Source: Psychrobacter sp. DM4 (GTDB lineage Bacteria > Pseudomonadota > Gammaproteobacteria > Pseudomonadales > Moraxellaceae). From it: 32,000 nucleotides of DNA. The notes beneath the pieces were generated by a model. It was not told where the DNA came from, searched no databases, and was given only the letters and a program-made list of their open reading frames with translations. Where the stretch lies: the NCBI RefSeq assembly GCF_051307035.1, contig NZ_CP195536.1, positions 2,550,001 to 2,582,000 of the forward strand. The letters are read 5' to 3'. The translations under genes were made by a program, and so were the position numbers. Of the stretch, positions 1 to 13,276 are shown piece by piece (position 1 is the first letter of the stretch; each line of letters starts with the position of its first letter).

Positions 1-1
1 T

Positions 2-1615
2 CTACTAGCCATGCTACTAGCCCCTTACTTACGTAAGTTCGGTAAGTTTACGGTTCCTGATTTTATCGCCGATCGCTTCTATTCAAAAACAGCAGCTATG
101 ATTGCTGTGGTGTGTTTGATTGTCGCCTCAACCACTTACGTTATCGGTCAGATGACTGGCGCCGGTGTTGCCTTTTCACGCTTCTTAGAAGTTGAGAATA
201 CAACGGGTCTACTTATCGCCGCTGTTGTTGTTTTCTTTTACGCCGTACTTGGTGGCATGAAAGGGATTACATATACGCAGGTTGCACAGTATGTGGTTCT
301 AATGATTGCTTATACCATTCCAGCAGTCTTCATTTCACTTGAATTAACTGGTAATCCTATTCCAGGTCTAGGTCTGTTCTCAAATGATATTGAAGCTGGT
401 ATTCCCATTCTAACCAAGCTTGATCAAATTGTGACTGATCTTGGTTTTGCCGCTTATACTGCTGATGTGCCGAACAAGCTCAACATGGTGCTATTTACTC
501 TATCACTCATGATAGGTACAGCAGGTCTACCACACGTTATCATTCGCTTCTTCACCGTACCTAAAGTTGCTGATGCGCGTTGGACAGCAGGTTGGACACT
601 TGTCTTTATCTCACTGCTATACTTCACAGCGCCAGCCGTTGGTGCTATGGCACGTTTGAATCTTATCGATACGGTTTATCCACAAGGGGTCGCTGAAGTA
701 CCTTTAGAATACGATCAACGCCCTGATTGGATGAAAACATGGGAAGATACGGGTCTGATTAAATATAACGATCTAAACAACGATGGTCGTATTCAGCTCT
801 ATAACGATAGTGGGTTAGGTGCAGCTCAATTAGCACTTACCGCAGCAGAGGCTGACGGTAGCGATATTGCCGCAGCAACAGCAGCAGTTGATACCGCTCG
901 CATAGCACATGATGCAGAACTTGATGGACGTTTCACTGCTGCTGGGTGGGAAGGTAATGAGCTTGATGTAAACGCTGATATCTTAGTACTTGCAAATCCA
1001 GAAATTGCACAGCTTCCACCATGGGTTATTGGTCTTATTGCAGCAGGTGGTTTGGCCGCAGCGCTATCAACAGCTGCAGGTCTACTACTTGCTATCTCAT
1101 CAGCTATTAGTCATGATTTGATCAAGCGTAATCTTAATCCAAATATCTCTGATAAAGGGGAGCTCTTAGCTGCACGTATCTCGATGGGTGTTGCTATCGT
1201 TATTGCGACATGGCTCGGTCTCAATCCACCAGGATTTGCCGCACAGGTGGTTGCCTTAGCCTTCGGTATTGCAGGTGCATCGCTGTTCCCAGCATTGATG
1301 ATGGGTATTTTCTCTAAACGTATTAATAACCTAGGTGCTATCTTTGGTATGCTTGCAGGTCTTATTAGTACTTTGGTTTATATCTTTGTTTTCAAAGGCT
1401 GGTTCTTCGTTGGCGGTACTGCTAACTTCCCAGATACCGCAGAATACTGGTTATTTGGTATCTCACCATTGTCATTTGGAGCGATTGGTGCTCTTATTAA
1501 CTTTGCGGTAGCGTTTGCGGTCTCCTACGCGACTGCGCCGCCGCCAGCACACATCCAAGAGTTGGTTGAAAGCGTACGTTCTCCACGCGGCGCTGGTGGA
1601 GCGATTGACCACTAA
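2..1615 (+). CDS. sodium:solute symporter family protein (ActP / VC_2705-like cation-acetate symporter subfamily), 5'-truncated by the window edge
   Basis: Frame is open from base 2, with no stop upstream of the ATG at 11. 534+ aa with many hydrophobic helices. SSF-like stretches GGMKGITYTQVAQY and GTAGLPHVIIRFFTVP. About 100-aa Ala/Asp-rich insertion as in the large VC_2705-type subfamily (recalled). Hairpin terminator follows. Confidence 0.88.
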   Translation, partial: LLAMLLAPYLRKFGKFTVPDFIADRFYSKTAAMIAVVCLIVASTTYVIGQMTGAGVAFSRFLEVENTTGLLIAAVVVFFYAVLGGMKGITYTQVAQYVVLMIAYTIPAVFISLELTGNPIPGLGLFSNDIEAGIPILTKLDQIVTDLGFAAYTADVPNKLNMVLFTLSLMIGTAGLPHVIIRFFTVPKVADARWTAGWTLVFISLLYFTAPAVGAMARLNLIDTVYPQGVAEVPLEYDQRPDWMKTWEDTGLIKYNDLNNDGRIQLYNDSGLGAAQLALTAAEADGSDIAAATAAVDTARIAHDAELDGRFTAAGWEGNELDVNADILVLANPEIAQLPPWVIGLIAAGGLAAALSTAAGLLLAISSAISHDLIKRNLNPNISDKGELLAARISMGVAIVIATWLGLNPPGFAAQVVALAFGIAGASLFPALMMGIFSKRINNLGAIFGMLAGLISTLVYIFVFKGWFFVGGTANFPDTAEYWLFGISPLSFGAIGALINFAVAFAVSYATAPPPAHIQELVESVRSPRGAGGAIDH

Positions 1616-1656
1616 GCGACTAAGTACATGGTGACACGTAATTTGCTACACTAACG

Positions 1657-1696
1657 ATCACTCACAGGCAGTAGCTGCTTGTGAGTGATTTTTTTG
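1657..1696 (+). terminator. intrinsic terminator after the symporter gene
   Basis: ATCACTCACA (1657-1666) pairs with TGTGAGTGAT (1680-1689), followed by T7 (1690-1696). Confidence 0.85.
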
Positions 1697-1709
1697 TTCC
1701 GTTGTTTTT

Positions 1710-2297
1710 ATGACAGAATTTAAAATTATATTATCGTATAAAGGAAATCTTATGCTTTTTGAGTTTATCGCTACCATAGCCGCTGCATTTGGTATGGCTG
1801 GATTGGCACTGATCATAACTCACCTGAGTAAACTGGCAGGTAAACGCGCACCCAAATGGCTCATACCTTTGTTTGCCGCTATTGGTATGTTCGCTTTTCA
1901 AATAAACCAAGAGTACAACTGGTATCCTCAGCAAGTGGCTAAGCTACCTGAAGGCGTCACTGTGGTTAAAACCGCTGAGAGTACGGAGTGGTTTCGCCCC
2001 TGGTCTTATATCAAGCCGCATATACTGCGTTTTATAGCTGCAGATAGTGGCAATGCGGTCGTTCAAGTAGATAACCCTAACCTGTACTTAGTCAATTTAT
2101 ATTTATTTGAGAGGCGTAGAAGCGTGCAAAAAATACCGCAAGTGATCGATTGCCTAGCGCCAGCACGAGCTGATTATGTATTACCTGAAAAGGATAGCAA
2201 TCTGAGTATTGATGAACATGTTAGACAAACTACGGCATGGCGAGAGCTAACACAAAACGATCTGTTATATATCAACGTCTGTACCAATAAAAATTAG
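1710..2297 (+). CDS. hypothetical membrane protein (two N-terminal TM helices plus soluble C-terminal domain)
   Basis: 195-aa ORF. The more likely start is the ATG at 1752 (MLFEFIATIAAAFGMAGLALII...). Second hydrophobic helix is WLIPLFAAIGMFAF. No family recognised. Confidence 0.55.
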   Translation: MTEFKIILSYKGNLMLFEFIATIAAAFGMAGLALIITHLSKLAGKRAPKWLIPLFAAIGMFAFQINQEYNWYPQQVAKLPEGVTVVKTAESTEWFRPWSYIKPHILRFIAADSGNAVVQVDNPNLYLVNLYLFERRRSVQKIPQVIDCLAPARADYVLPEKDSNLSIDEHVRQTTAWRELTQNDLLYINVCTNKN

Positions 2298-2331
2298 ATA
2301 AATAAGCGAATATTGTTAAACGTTAGCCTAT

Positions 2332-2381
2332 CTCATTGCTTGTATCAAAATTGATTCTATCCTATAGATACTAGCAATGAG
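2332..2381. other. 15-bp-stem imperfect palindrome between convergent genes (possible non-canonical terminator or REP-like hairpin)
   Basis: CTCATTGCTTGTATC (2332-2346) pairs with GATACTAGCAATGAG (2367-2381). One mismatch, 20-nt loop, no flanking T-run. Confidence 0.35.
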
Positions 2382-2427
2382 TGAGCACTGGCAACAAATA
2401 AATATTAGTAGTGAGCAGGTCTACACC

Positions 2428-3033
2428 CTAACGAACTCTGGTACGTGCGGTATAGTCATGTTTTGAGTTCGCCCCCAGCAATAAACCTGCGCACAGACCA
2501 CCAAAGTGTGCAGCAAATGAGATACCAGGCTGCGGCATCAGACCTTGTTTAATCGTTAGCCAATACCCTGCCCCCATAATGATACAAGCTATCAGATAAC
2601 CCCAGCGCCGCGCAAATAGTGCGCCGCCTATCATATAACCTAGCATAGCAAAGCACAGTCCTGAGGCGCCTATATGAATCGATAACGGCGACCCTATTAT
2701 CCACGTTACTGCTCCAGATGCGATAATTAGTTTCAAAGTAGTGCGATACGCATTGTTTTCGAATAGTCCAAATAAAAATAAAATCTGTAGCAGTGTTATA
2801 GTATTGCCAAGTAAATGTGCAAAATTACCGTGCATAGTCCACGACGCAAACACCCCTATCATACTGCCGACATCTAATGCGCGCGGTACAATACCAAAGA
2901 TATTCCACAATCCGAATAATAAAAACTCGTTTAAAAAGAACATTCCCCACATAGGTACAAGCACAAAAGCATAAAGGCCAAAAACTTGCTTTAGTCTTGC
3001 AATGATTAGATCAAACAAGGCTTGCCAATTCAT
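2428..3033 (-). CDS. rhomboid family intramembrane serine protease
   Basis: 201 aa, polytopic. Catalytic-type GASGLCFAMLGY (GxSG) and AHFGGLCAGLLLG (His helix), plus HGNFAHLLGN motif. RBS-like AAGAGAA upstream. Confidence 0.85.
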   Translation of the reverse strand: MNWQALFDLIIARLKQVFGLYAFVLVPMWGMFFLNEFLLFGLWNIFGIVPRALDVGSMIGVFASWTMHGNFAHLLGNTITLLQILFLFGLFENNAYRTTLKLIIASGAVTWIIGSPLSIHIGASGLCFAMLGYMIGGALFARRWGYLIACIIMGAGYWLTIKQGLMPQPGISFAAHFGGLCAGLLLGANSKHDYTARTRVR

Positions 3034-3114
3034 AGGTGTTCTCTTCTAATTGCGATTCATATATCTGAATTTACTATCTACTAAATTTCAATAACGTGAG
3101 AGTGAGACAAAGGT

Positions 3115-4179
3115 CTATTGATTGACTGCTAAAGGTGATACTTGTGTAGGTACAAATAGTAAAGATGATGCGTCCTTTGGAGTATCTAAATAGCTATTAT
3201 TGTACAATAAAGACGCTGAATGATAAGGAACTAGGGCCGTTGGCACAAAACGGCGAGCAGCGTCAATATGCTTGATAGAATCATCAAAAAATATATGCGG
3301 TGCAAAGGTTTTGAGGATAGAGGTTTTATCTAACCCCCCTAAGAAAAACGCCATATCCACATTCACGCCCCATTCCCTTAACGTCTTTATAGCGCGCAGA
3401 TCAGCTGGCGCATTGCGTGCGGTCACTAGAGCAATCTTTATTGGGCTGTATGTTAGCGATGTAGGTAATCGAGATTGTAATTTTGAGAGCTTAATGAGTA
3501 GCTCAGCATAAGGGCCTTTTTCTATAGGCATATCACGCAGCTTGGCTTCTCGATCATGGAAAGCTTGCAGGCCCTCTTGTTTGTACAAAAGCTCCCCTGA
3601 ATCATCGAACAATACCGCATCGCCGTCGAAGGCAATACGTAACTGCTCAGTATCGAGCTCATAAGTATTGACAGGAGTAGCATCTAATATAGCACAGGCA
3701 CAGATACTAGCATCTGCTACTTGTTGCGCGTCATCGCGGTTGGTCGTCAAAAACAAGTCAACCCTAAAATCTTCGATATAAGGCGAAACAGGGCTTCCTG
3801 ATATAAAAGCCGACCGTGAAATGTTAAGACCATGTGCACGTATGGCATTTAACACTTGAATACCTGTATCAGGGCTACTTTTAGACACAATGACAACCTC
3901 AATTAAAGGCGCTTCAAGCTTTTTATTCGCCGAAATACCCTCATTGCAATAGGTGTTCAGATTGAGTAGAGCTTTGATCAGTGGATACCCTGCGCCTATG
4001 CTCAAGTCATCGTCTTCACGCGCAGCCATATAATCACGGAACTCTTGGATAGCTTCATCAGGAGATTGCTGTAATAAATGTAATAAATGATTTTCAGATT
4101 CTGATAAATCGAACAAAGCCGTCGCGGATATAGCAACAATTAGAGTCTTACTGAAATCAACAGCCATAATTTTACTCAT
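3115..4179 (-). CDS. 5'-nucleotidase family protein (PF06189-like)
   Basis: 354 aa. Stretches typical of the bacterial 5'-nucleotidase family as I recall it: LIVAISATALFDL, YPLIKALLNLN, LRIAFDGDAVLFDD, ALVTARNAPA, AFFLGGLDK, IFFDD. Confidence 0.7.
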   Translation of the reverse strand: MSKIMAVDFSKTLIVAISATALFDLSESENHLLHLLQQSPDEAIQEFRDYMAAREDDDLSIGAGYPLIKALLNLNTYCNEGISANKKLEAPLIEVVIVSKSSPDTGIQVLNAIRAHGLNISRSAFISGSPVSPYIEDFRVDLFLTTNRDDAQQVADASICACAILDATPVNTYELDTEQLRIAFDGDAVLFDDSGELLYKQEGLQAFHDREAKLRDMPIEKGPYAELLIKLSKLQSRLPTSLTYSPIKIALVTARNAPADLRAIKTLREWGVNVDMAFFLGGLDKTSILKTFAPHIFFDDSIKHIDAARRFVPTALVPYHSASLLYNNSYLDTPKDASSLLFVPTQVSPLAVNQ

Positions 4180-4314
4180 TAGCTCTTCGTAAAGGAATAA
4201 AGTATAAATTTTGCTCAGTCTACTACATCTATTTACTCAAGAATAATTATTGTTGTTGAAGTATTAGATAGGGTTAGTGTTGGCCAAGCGCGAGACATTA
4301 GATATGATTAAATA

Positions 4315-4345
4315 CAAAAAAGACTGCGTTAACAGTCTTTTTTTA
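4315..4345. terminator. bidirectional hairpin terminator downstream of the dodecin gene
   Basis: A-run, then AGACTG (4321-4326), CGTTAA loop, CAGTCT (4333-4338), then T7. Short 6-bp stem. Confidence 0.6.
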
Positions 4346-4361
4346 AGCGAAAGCCAAACAA

Positions 4362-4580
4362 CTAGCTTAGATCAGAATCGTCATTAATAACGAAGCTGAC
4401 AATCATAATGACATGATACTTAGAAATTTTACCATCAGTCACGCCTACTTTTTGCTCTTTAACCCAAGCACCCTGAACGTTTTTAACGGTCTTTGAGATA
4501 CGCTCGATACCTGATTGAACGGCATCTTCAAAGCTTTTCTCAGAGGTACTGCTAATTTCAATATTCTTTGCAATTGTCAT
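4362..4580 (-). CDS. dodecin family flavin-binding protein
   Basis: 72 aa. Dodecin-like pattern IEISSTSEKSFEDAVQSGIERISKTVKNVQGAWVKEQKV...GKISKYHV. Strong RBS AAGGAAG. Confidence 0.8.
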   Translation of the reverse strand: MTIAKNIEISSTSEKSFEDAVQSGIERISKTVKNVQGAWVKEQKVGVTDGKISKYHVIMIVSFVINDDSDLS

Positions 4581-4790
4581 AATTTACTCTTCCTTGAATT
4601 AATGAGTGATAAGATTAAACCTTTACTGGTAAAAACATCTCAATAAAGATCTGATCGACTATCATCATAACCCTGAGAGGTAATAACAGCAATACATACC
4701 TGTTAAGTAATGTAGTAGAGTTATTTGAAATCTACTTACTCATAAGACACTGGGTAATACGCCTATAGACTATTTCTCTTCAATAGCCCA

Positions 4791-4830
4791 AACAAAGAAA
4801 AGCCCCTTGATACGTCAGTATCAAGGGGCT
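4791..4830 (-). terminator. rRNA operon terminator
   Basis: 12-bp perfect stem: AGCCCCTTGATA (4801-4812) pairs with TATCAAGGGGCT (4819-4830). On the minus strand it is followed by TTTCTTTGTT. Lies 13 nt past the 5S 3' end. Confidence 0.85.
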
Positions 4831-4842
4831 AGTCAGGAATAG

Positions 4843-4960
4843 AGCGCTGACGATGACCTACTCTCACATGGCCGGAGCCACACTACCATTGGCGCTACGA
4901 TGTTTCACTTCTGAGTTCGGGAAGGGATCAGGTGGTGCCATCGTGCTATTGTCGTCAGCA
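4843..4960 (-). rRNA. rrf: 5S ribosomal RNA
   Basis: Reverse complement reads TGCTGACGACAATAGC...CCGAACTCAGAAGTGAAAC...GAGAGTAGGTCATCGTCAGCGCT. It is collinear with E. coli 5S. Ends are +/- a few nt. Confidence 0.95.
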
Positions 4961-5078
4961 AAGGGGTTAGATATGAGTCTGTGTTGTTTTACTTATTTTG
5001 ACTAAGTATCACTATTCCTGAATCAAGGATATAGGTGATATCGAAATAGTTGCTTGATACAAACCACTTGGGTGTTGT

Positions 5079-7938
<2,860 letters not shown>

Positions 7939-8253
7939 ATACAACCCCAAAGGGTCTTTGTCTCACAATTATAACGATATCACCTATGTTTACGCTTGAT
8001 TCAGTTCTCTTATTACTTTTTAATAACTCACCCCTGGGATAACAACTGATGTCGTTAAGAGGTGAGCTATTAAGGTTAAGATTAACGCGTGAACACGTTA
8101 GTCCTAACCCAGACTCATATCTATGTTTTTAAATAGTTCCTGTATCTTCGTCAGATTCCAGGTTCTGTATAAAACAGAAGTAAATAATCATCAACGATTA
8201 CTTAATTCTGTTTATGCTCTCTATAATATTCTATCTAATCGCGCTGTTTATAA

Positions 8254-8329
8254 TGGTGGAGCCAAACGGAGTCGAACCGTTGACCTCCTGCGTGCAAGGC
8301 AGGCGCTCTACCAACTGAGCTATGGCCCC
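8254..8329 (-). tRNA. tRNA-Ala (anticodon UGC), CCA encoded
   Basis: Reverse complement is GGGGCCATAGCTCAGTTGGTAGAGCGCCTGCCTTGCACGCAGGAGGTCAACGGTTCGACTCCGTTTGGCTCCACCA. Has the G3:U70-type acceptor stem. Confidence 0.97.
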
Positions 8330-8458
8330 TGAGAAGCGTGTAAAAATTGCACTGCAATTTTAGCTTCGCAAGGAAAATCCTTTAAATAGGATTTTCAAAA
8401 AGCTTTAATTACTTTTAGCTCATGCAATGTAACGACTGTTCTAACTACCGCTTAATAA

Positions 8459-8535
8459 TGGTAGGCCTGGGCAGACTTGAACTGCCGACCCCCGCGTTAT
8501 CAACACGGTGCTCTAACCAGCTGAGCTACAGGCCT
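8459..8535 (-). tRNA. tRNA-Ile (anticodon GAU), CCA encoded
   Basis: Reverse complement is AGGCCTGTAGCTCAGCTGGTTAGAGCACCGTGTTGATAACGCGGGGGTCGGCAGTTCAAGTCTGCCCAGGCCTACCA. Confidence 0.97.
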
Positions 8536-8623
8536 ATGTCTGCCTGTAAAGGCAAAGCTAATAAACTAGCTTAAAACTAAAGAACAACTTGTTGTGAATT
8601 CTTGCCAAGATGAATGCTGTCTA

Positions 8624-10165
<1,542 letters not shown>

Positions 10166-10492
10166 TCTTGCTATGAAGCTCTTTAAAGAAGCTTCTAAAC
10201 TTGGCTCATCTAATCTGGCAAAATCGCTTTAAATTATGTTCGTAATGAATTAACTTTGAGTTTTTCTGCTGACTAAATGATAATTTTTATAGTTAATAAC
10301 TCCTCCGAAAAGAAGAAGTAGTCAACTTTATTTTTAGCATTCTTGTCTCAGCAAAAATCCACACAAGTTGTTCTTTAGTTTCGCTTTTAAATAGTGTCTC
10401 ACCTCTGTCGTCCAGTAGGTAAGTATATCCCTTCAATTTGAAGGTTGCTAATAACGAATCCCTTACAGGCTTTGCTATCTAGCGAGCCGACT

Positions 10493-10520
10493 ATCTTATC
10501 ATAATGATTGATATTGTCAA
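10493..10520 (-). promoter_or_regulatory. rrn promoter (proximal, P3)
   Basis: Minus strand reads TTGACA (10520-10515), 16 bp, TAAGAT (10498-10493). A/T-rich upstream DNA (AAACAAATTATAAAAGAG). Confidence 0.55.
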
Positions 10521-10611
10521 GCTCTTTTATAATTTGTTTCATCCGATTCGCTGGTCGCTATCACTAAGTGTTCTTAGTGTTTAACCGCTAGCTTGTCTCG
10601 ATGAGGTGCGT

Positions 10612-10639
10612 ATTATAGACGGTTAAATTGTGGTGTCAA
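10612..10639 (-). promoter_or_regulatory. rrn promoter (middle, P2)
   Basis: Minus strand reads TTGACA (10639-10634), 16 bp, TATAAT (10617-10612), then GC-rich discriminator ACGCACC. A/T-rich UP-like DNA upstream. Confidence 0.8.
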
Positions 10640-10770
10640 GAGGTTATTTAATTTAGTTTGAATGTTTTTATTTGAACTACTAAGGTAGTTTGTTTTAACG
10701 TTCATTCTAATTATTGGTTCGCTCAATGATAATTCACTTCGCAATCCGCTTTCCCTTTCAACTGGAGCGC

Positions 10771-10798
10771 ATTATACGTAGATTTTAGATTCGGTCAA
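10771..10798 (-). promoter_or_regulatory. rrn promoter (distal, P1)
   Basis: Minus strand reads TTGACC (10798-10793), 16 bp, TATAAT (10776-10771), then GCGCTCC discriminator. Closely resembles the E. coli rrn P1 architecture. Confidence 0.75.
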
Positions 10799-10934
10799 GC
10801 GGTTTGAGAGATTTATTCTTATTTAATTCTACGTAGCTTTAATAACTCATGTTTATCAGTGGGTTGAGATTTAAACTGATTTCCGCGGTAGGTTGACGCT
10901 TCGCCAACCACATCATACACATCTTCTTTACCCC

Positions 10935-11693
10935 TTATAACTTACCCACCTTCTCAAAAAACGCTTTATAGGCTGCTATCTTTTTATCTAACGCTAGCGG
11001 ATAAGCACGAGAGGTAGAAGGTAGTCTATGTAGAGTTAATTCATTGACTGACTTCCCTAATAACTCTGCATCCTTATTTTGCCATTGATACGGATAGTCG
11101 ATACTTTGATTGGTTTTGGGATATTTCGACTTTATGGGAGGCTCTTGTAATAGGTTTAGCAGCACTTCAGTCGCTTTGCCGCCAGTCGTAAATAGTGCTT
11201 TTACCTTTGGGACTTGTGGCAAGATGAGGTCCAAATCAACAGGAGTGACGACCGTTAGATTTTTGTCCGAGGCGTTGCCTGTCTCACGAATGGCCTGTCT
11301 GACTGTTGGACAAGACGCAATGCCGCGCTCAAATAAAAATTCACTTATCTGCTCAGGGTCAAACCGTTTCTCATCCCCTACTCTAAAGTGATCTATATCA
11401 TCAAAAAAGACGCCACCATAGATACGCCACATATCATTATAAAAATTGGGATAATGGAAGCTCATCGCCCATTTATCAGAGGTCGGGGGAAAGGAACCCA
11501 TCATCATAACGGTGGCGTTGGGTGGTAGCACAGGTTTAAAAGGATGATTTTCGATTTCTAGATTAGTAATTTTTGCCCTATTTAAATTATTAACAGAGTC
11601 ATCTTTGTCGACTTCAGCCTTTAAGATTGGTTTGGTCATAACATTCTTCATTAGAAAAGCGGTTTTTTTGTTATCATAGCATACGAGCACCAT
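10935..11693 (-). CDS. uracil-DNA glycosylase superfamily protein (family 6 / hypoxanthine-DNA-glycosylase-like)
   Basis: [10 protein letters not shown] (GxxP motif A), [15 protein letters not shown] (cf. HPRNxFW) and [11 protein letters not shown] (LPSTS motif B). Start is uncertain: ATGs at 11693, 11651 and 11639, none with a strong RBS. Confidence 0.68.
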   Translation of the reverse strand: MVLVCYDNKKTAFLMKNVMTKPILKAEVDKDDSVNNLNRAKITNLEIENHPFKPVLPPNATVMMMGSFPPTSDKWAMSFHYPNFYNDMWRIYGGVFFDDIDHFRVGDEKRFDPEQISEFLFERGIASCPTVRQAIRETGNASDKNLTVVTPVDLDLILPQVPKVKALFTTGGKATEVLLNLLQEPPIKSKYPKTNQSIDYPYQWQNKDAELLGKSVNELTLHRLPSTSRAYPLALDKKIAAYKAFFEKVGKL

Positions 11694-11760
11694 CCGCTAT
11701 CAAGAACCCAATATCAAGAACAAAGGCCTAGCGCCAAACCTGCCTAATAAGAGAGTACCT

Positions 11761-12396
11761 ATGAGTGAGCTAAACATTACGGTCATCGATCATCCCTTAG
11801 TACGCCATAAGCTCAGTCTGATGCGCGAAAAGGATTGTAGTACTTACAAGTTTCGCACCCTAACCAAAGAGCTTGCCCGCCTGATGGCTTATGAAGCAAG
11901 CCGTGACTTTGAGATTGAGACATTTGTGATGGAGAGCTGGTGCGGCGAGATCGATGGTGAACAAATCGTCGGTAAGACAGCAACCGTCGTGCCTATCTTG
12001 CGTGCAGGATTGGGTATGCTTGATGGTGTGCTCGATTTGATCCCGACGGCTAAAATCTCTGTGGTAGGCTTACAGCGTGATGAAGAGACTTTACAGCCCG
12101 TACCGTTTTTTGAGAAGTTCGTCAGCCATATGGATAAGCGTCCAGCGCTGGTCATAGATCCGATGCTCGCCACGGGCGGCTCTATGGTCGCCACTATCGA
12201 CATGCTAAAAAGGCACGGCTGTCAAAATATAAAAGCGTTAGTGCTGGTCGCGGCTCCCGAAGGCGTGCGCTTGGTCAATGAAGCGCATCCTGATGTGACT
12301 ATCTATACCGCAGCGCTCGATAGCCATTTAAATGAAGACGGTTATATCATTCCAGGTCTTGGCGATGCAGGCGACAAGATATTTGGTAAGCAGTAA
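11761..12396 (+). CDS. upp: uracil phosphoribosyltransferase
   Basis: 211 aa. [27 protein letters not shown] and the PRPP loop [12 protein letters not shown], with C-terminal [24 protein letters not shown]. Confidence 0.97.
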   Translation: MSELNITVIDHPLVRHKLSLMREKDCSTYKFRTLTKELARLMAYEASRDFEIETFVMESWCGEIDGEQIVGKTATVVPILRAGLGMLDGVLDLIPTAKISVVGLQRDEETLQPVPFFEKFVSHMDKRPALVIDPMLATGGSMVATIDMLKRHGCQNIKALVLVAAPEGVRLVNEAHPDVTIYTAALDSHLNEDGYIIPGLGDAGDKIFGKQ

Positions 12397-12436
12397 ATTT
12401 TGTTGAATAATTATTTGTTAAATAGTTGAGGGGCAA

Positions 12437-13186
12437 ATGATGAACGTATTGATTACTGGAGCTAGTGCTGGATTTGGTAAAGCGTTAGCTAAAAAATTAG
12501 TCGAAAAAGGCCATCGTGTTATCGGATGTGCGCGACGTCTCGACAAACTCAATGCTATGGCTGATAGCTTAGGCGAGTTGTTTTTACCCGTACAGATGGA
12601 TGTCAGCGATACCAAATCCATTGCACAAATTATTAAGGACTTGCCAAGCGATTTTAACCAAATCAATGTGCTGGTTAACAATGCAGGACTCGCACTGGGT
12701 ACTGAACCTGCGCAAAGTGCCCAGCTTGATGACTGGATGCAAATGGTCAATACCAATATCAAAGGACTTATGGCGCTCACTCATGCCGTCTTGCCAGCGA
12801 TGACAGCGCGCAATAGTGGTTATATCATTAACGTAGGTTCAATCGCAGGCACTTGGCCTTATTACGGTGGTAACGTTTATGGTGCGACCAAAGCCTTTGT
12901 GAAACAGTTTAGTTTAAATCTACGCGCAGATCTGTTAGGTACACAAGTACGCGTGACTAATCTAGAACCGGGCAATGTGGCGGGTACGGAGTTTTCAAAC
13001 GTGCGCTATCATGGTGATGATGACAAAGCAGCTCAGGTCTATGATGGCTTTAAAACCATGACGGGTGAAGATGTTGGTGACATTCTATTATGGCTCATTG
13101 AATCGCCTGCGCATGTCAACGTCAATCGTTTGGAGGTCATGCCAGTCGCTCAAACCTTTAATGGTTTAACGATTGCCAAGGACTAA
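12437..13186 (+). CDS. ydfG: NADP-dependent 3-hydroxy acid dehydrogenase, SDR family (YdfG-like)
   Basis: 249 aa. TGASAGFG Rossmann motif, NNAG, YGATKAF catalytic motif. Near-collinear with E. coli YdfG as recalled (VNNAGLALG, GGNVYGATKAFV.QFSLNLR.DL.GT.VRVT..EPG). RBS GAGGGG. Confidence 0.9.
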   Translation: MMNVLITGASAGFGKALAKKLVEKGHRVIGCARRLDKLNAMADSLGELFLPVQMDVSDTKSIAQIIKDLPSDFNQINVLVNNAGLALGTEPAQSAQLDDWMQMVNTNIKGLMALTHAVLPAMTARNSGYIINVGSIAGTWPYYGGNVYGATKAFVKQFSLNLRADLLGTQVRVTNLEPGNVAGTEFSNVRYHGDDDKAAQVYDGFKTMTGEDVGDILLWLIESPAHVNVNRLEVMPVAQTFNGLTIAKD

Positions 13187-13276
13187 ACGTCTAAGCAGCT
13201 TGATGCTAAATATCATCTGATATAGGTGTCATTCTAAGCTTCAGCACAGATTTAGGCGTTAGCGCAATTCCAAGCG

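Noticed and set aside
8123-8332. 69-aa plus-strand ORF in the 23S-tRNA spacer.
   Set aside because: Its 3' part is the antisense of tRNA-Ala. The rest is AT-rich spacer with no RBS.
8330-8458. Two neat hairpins in the tRNA-Ala/tRNA-Ile spacer (AAAATTGC...GCAATTTT and GAAAATCCT...AGGATTTTC).
   Set aside because: They are most simply local spacer structure for tRNA processing in the rRNA precursor. There is no evidence that they are repeats or independent elements.
10175-10195. boxA-like antitermination element (minus strand GCTTCTTTAAAGAGC) just upstream of 16S.
   Set aside because: It matches the TGCTCTTTAACAA consensus only partially and sits within about 30 nt of the mature 16S 5' end. 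I cannot tell it apart from the processing-stem sequence.
11110-12803. Several overlapping antisense or off-frame ORFs (11110-11391, 11889-12203, 12418-12780, 12584-12784, 12600-12803).
   Set aside because: They are embedded in the well-supported UDG-like, upp and ydfG genes. None has a recognisable motif or RBS.
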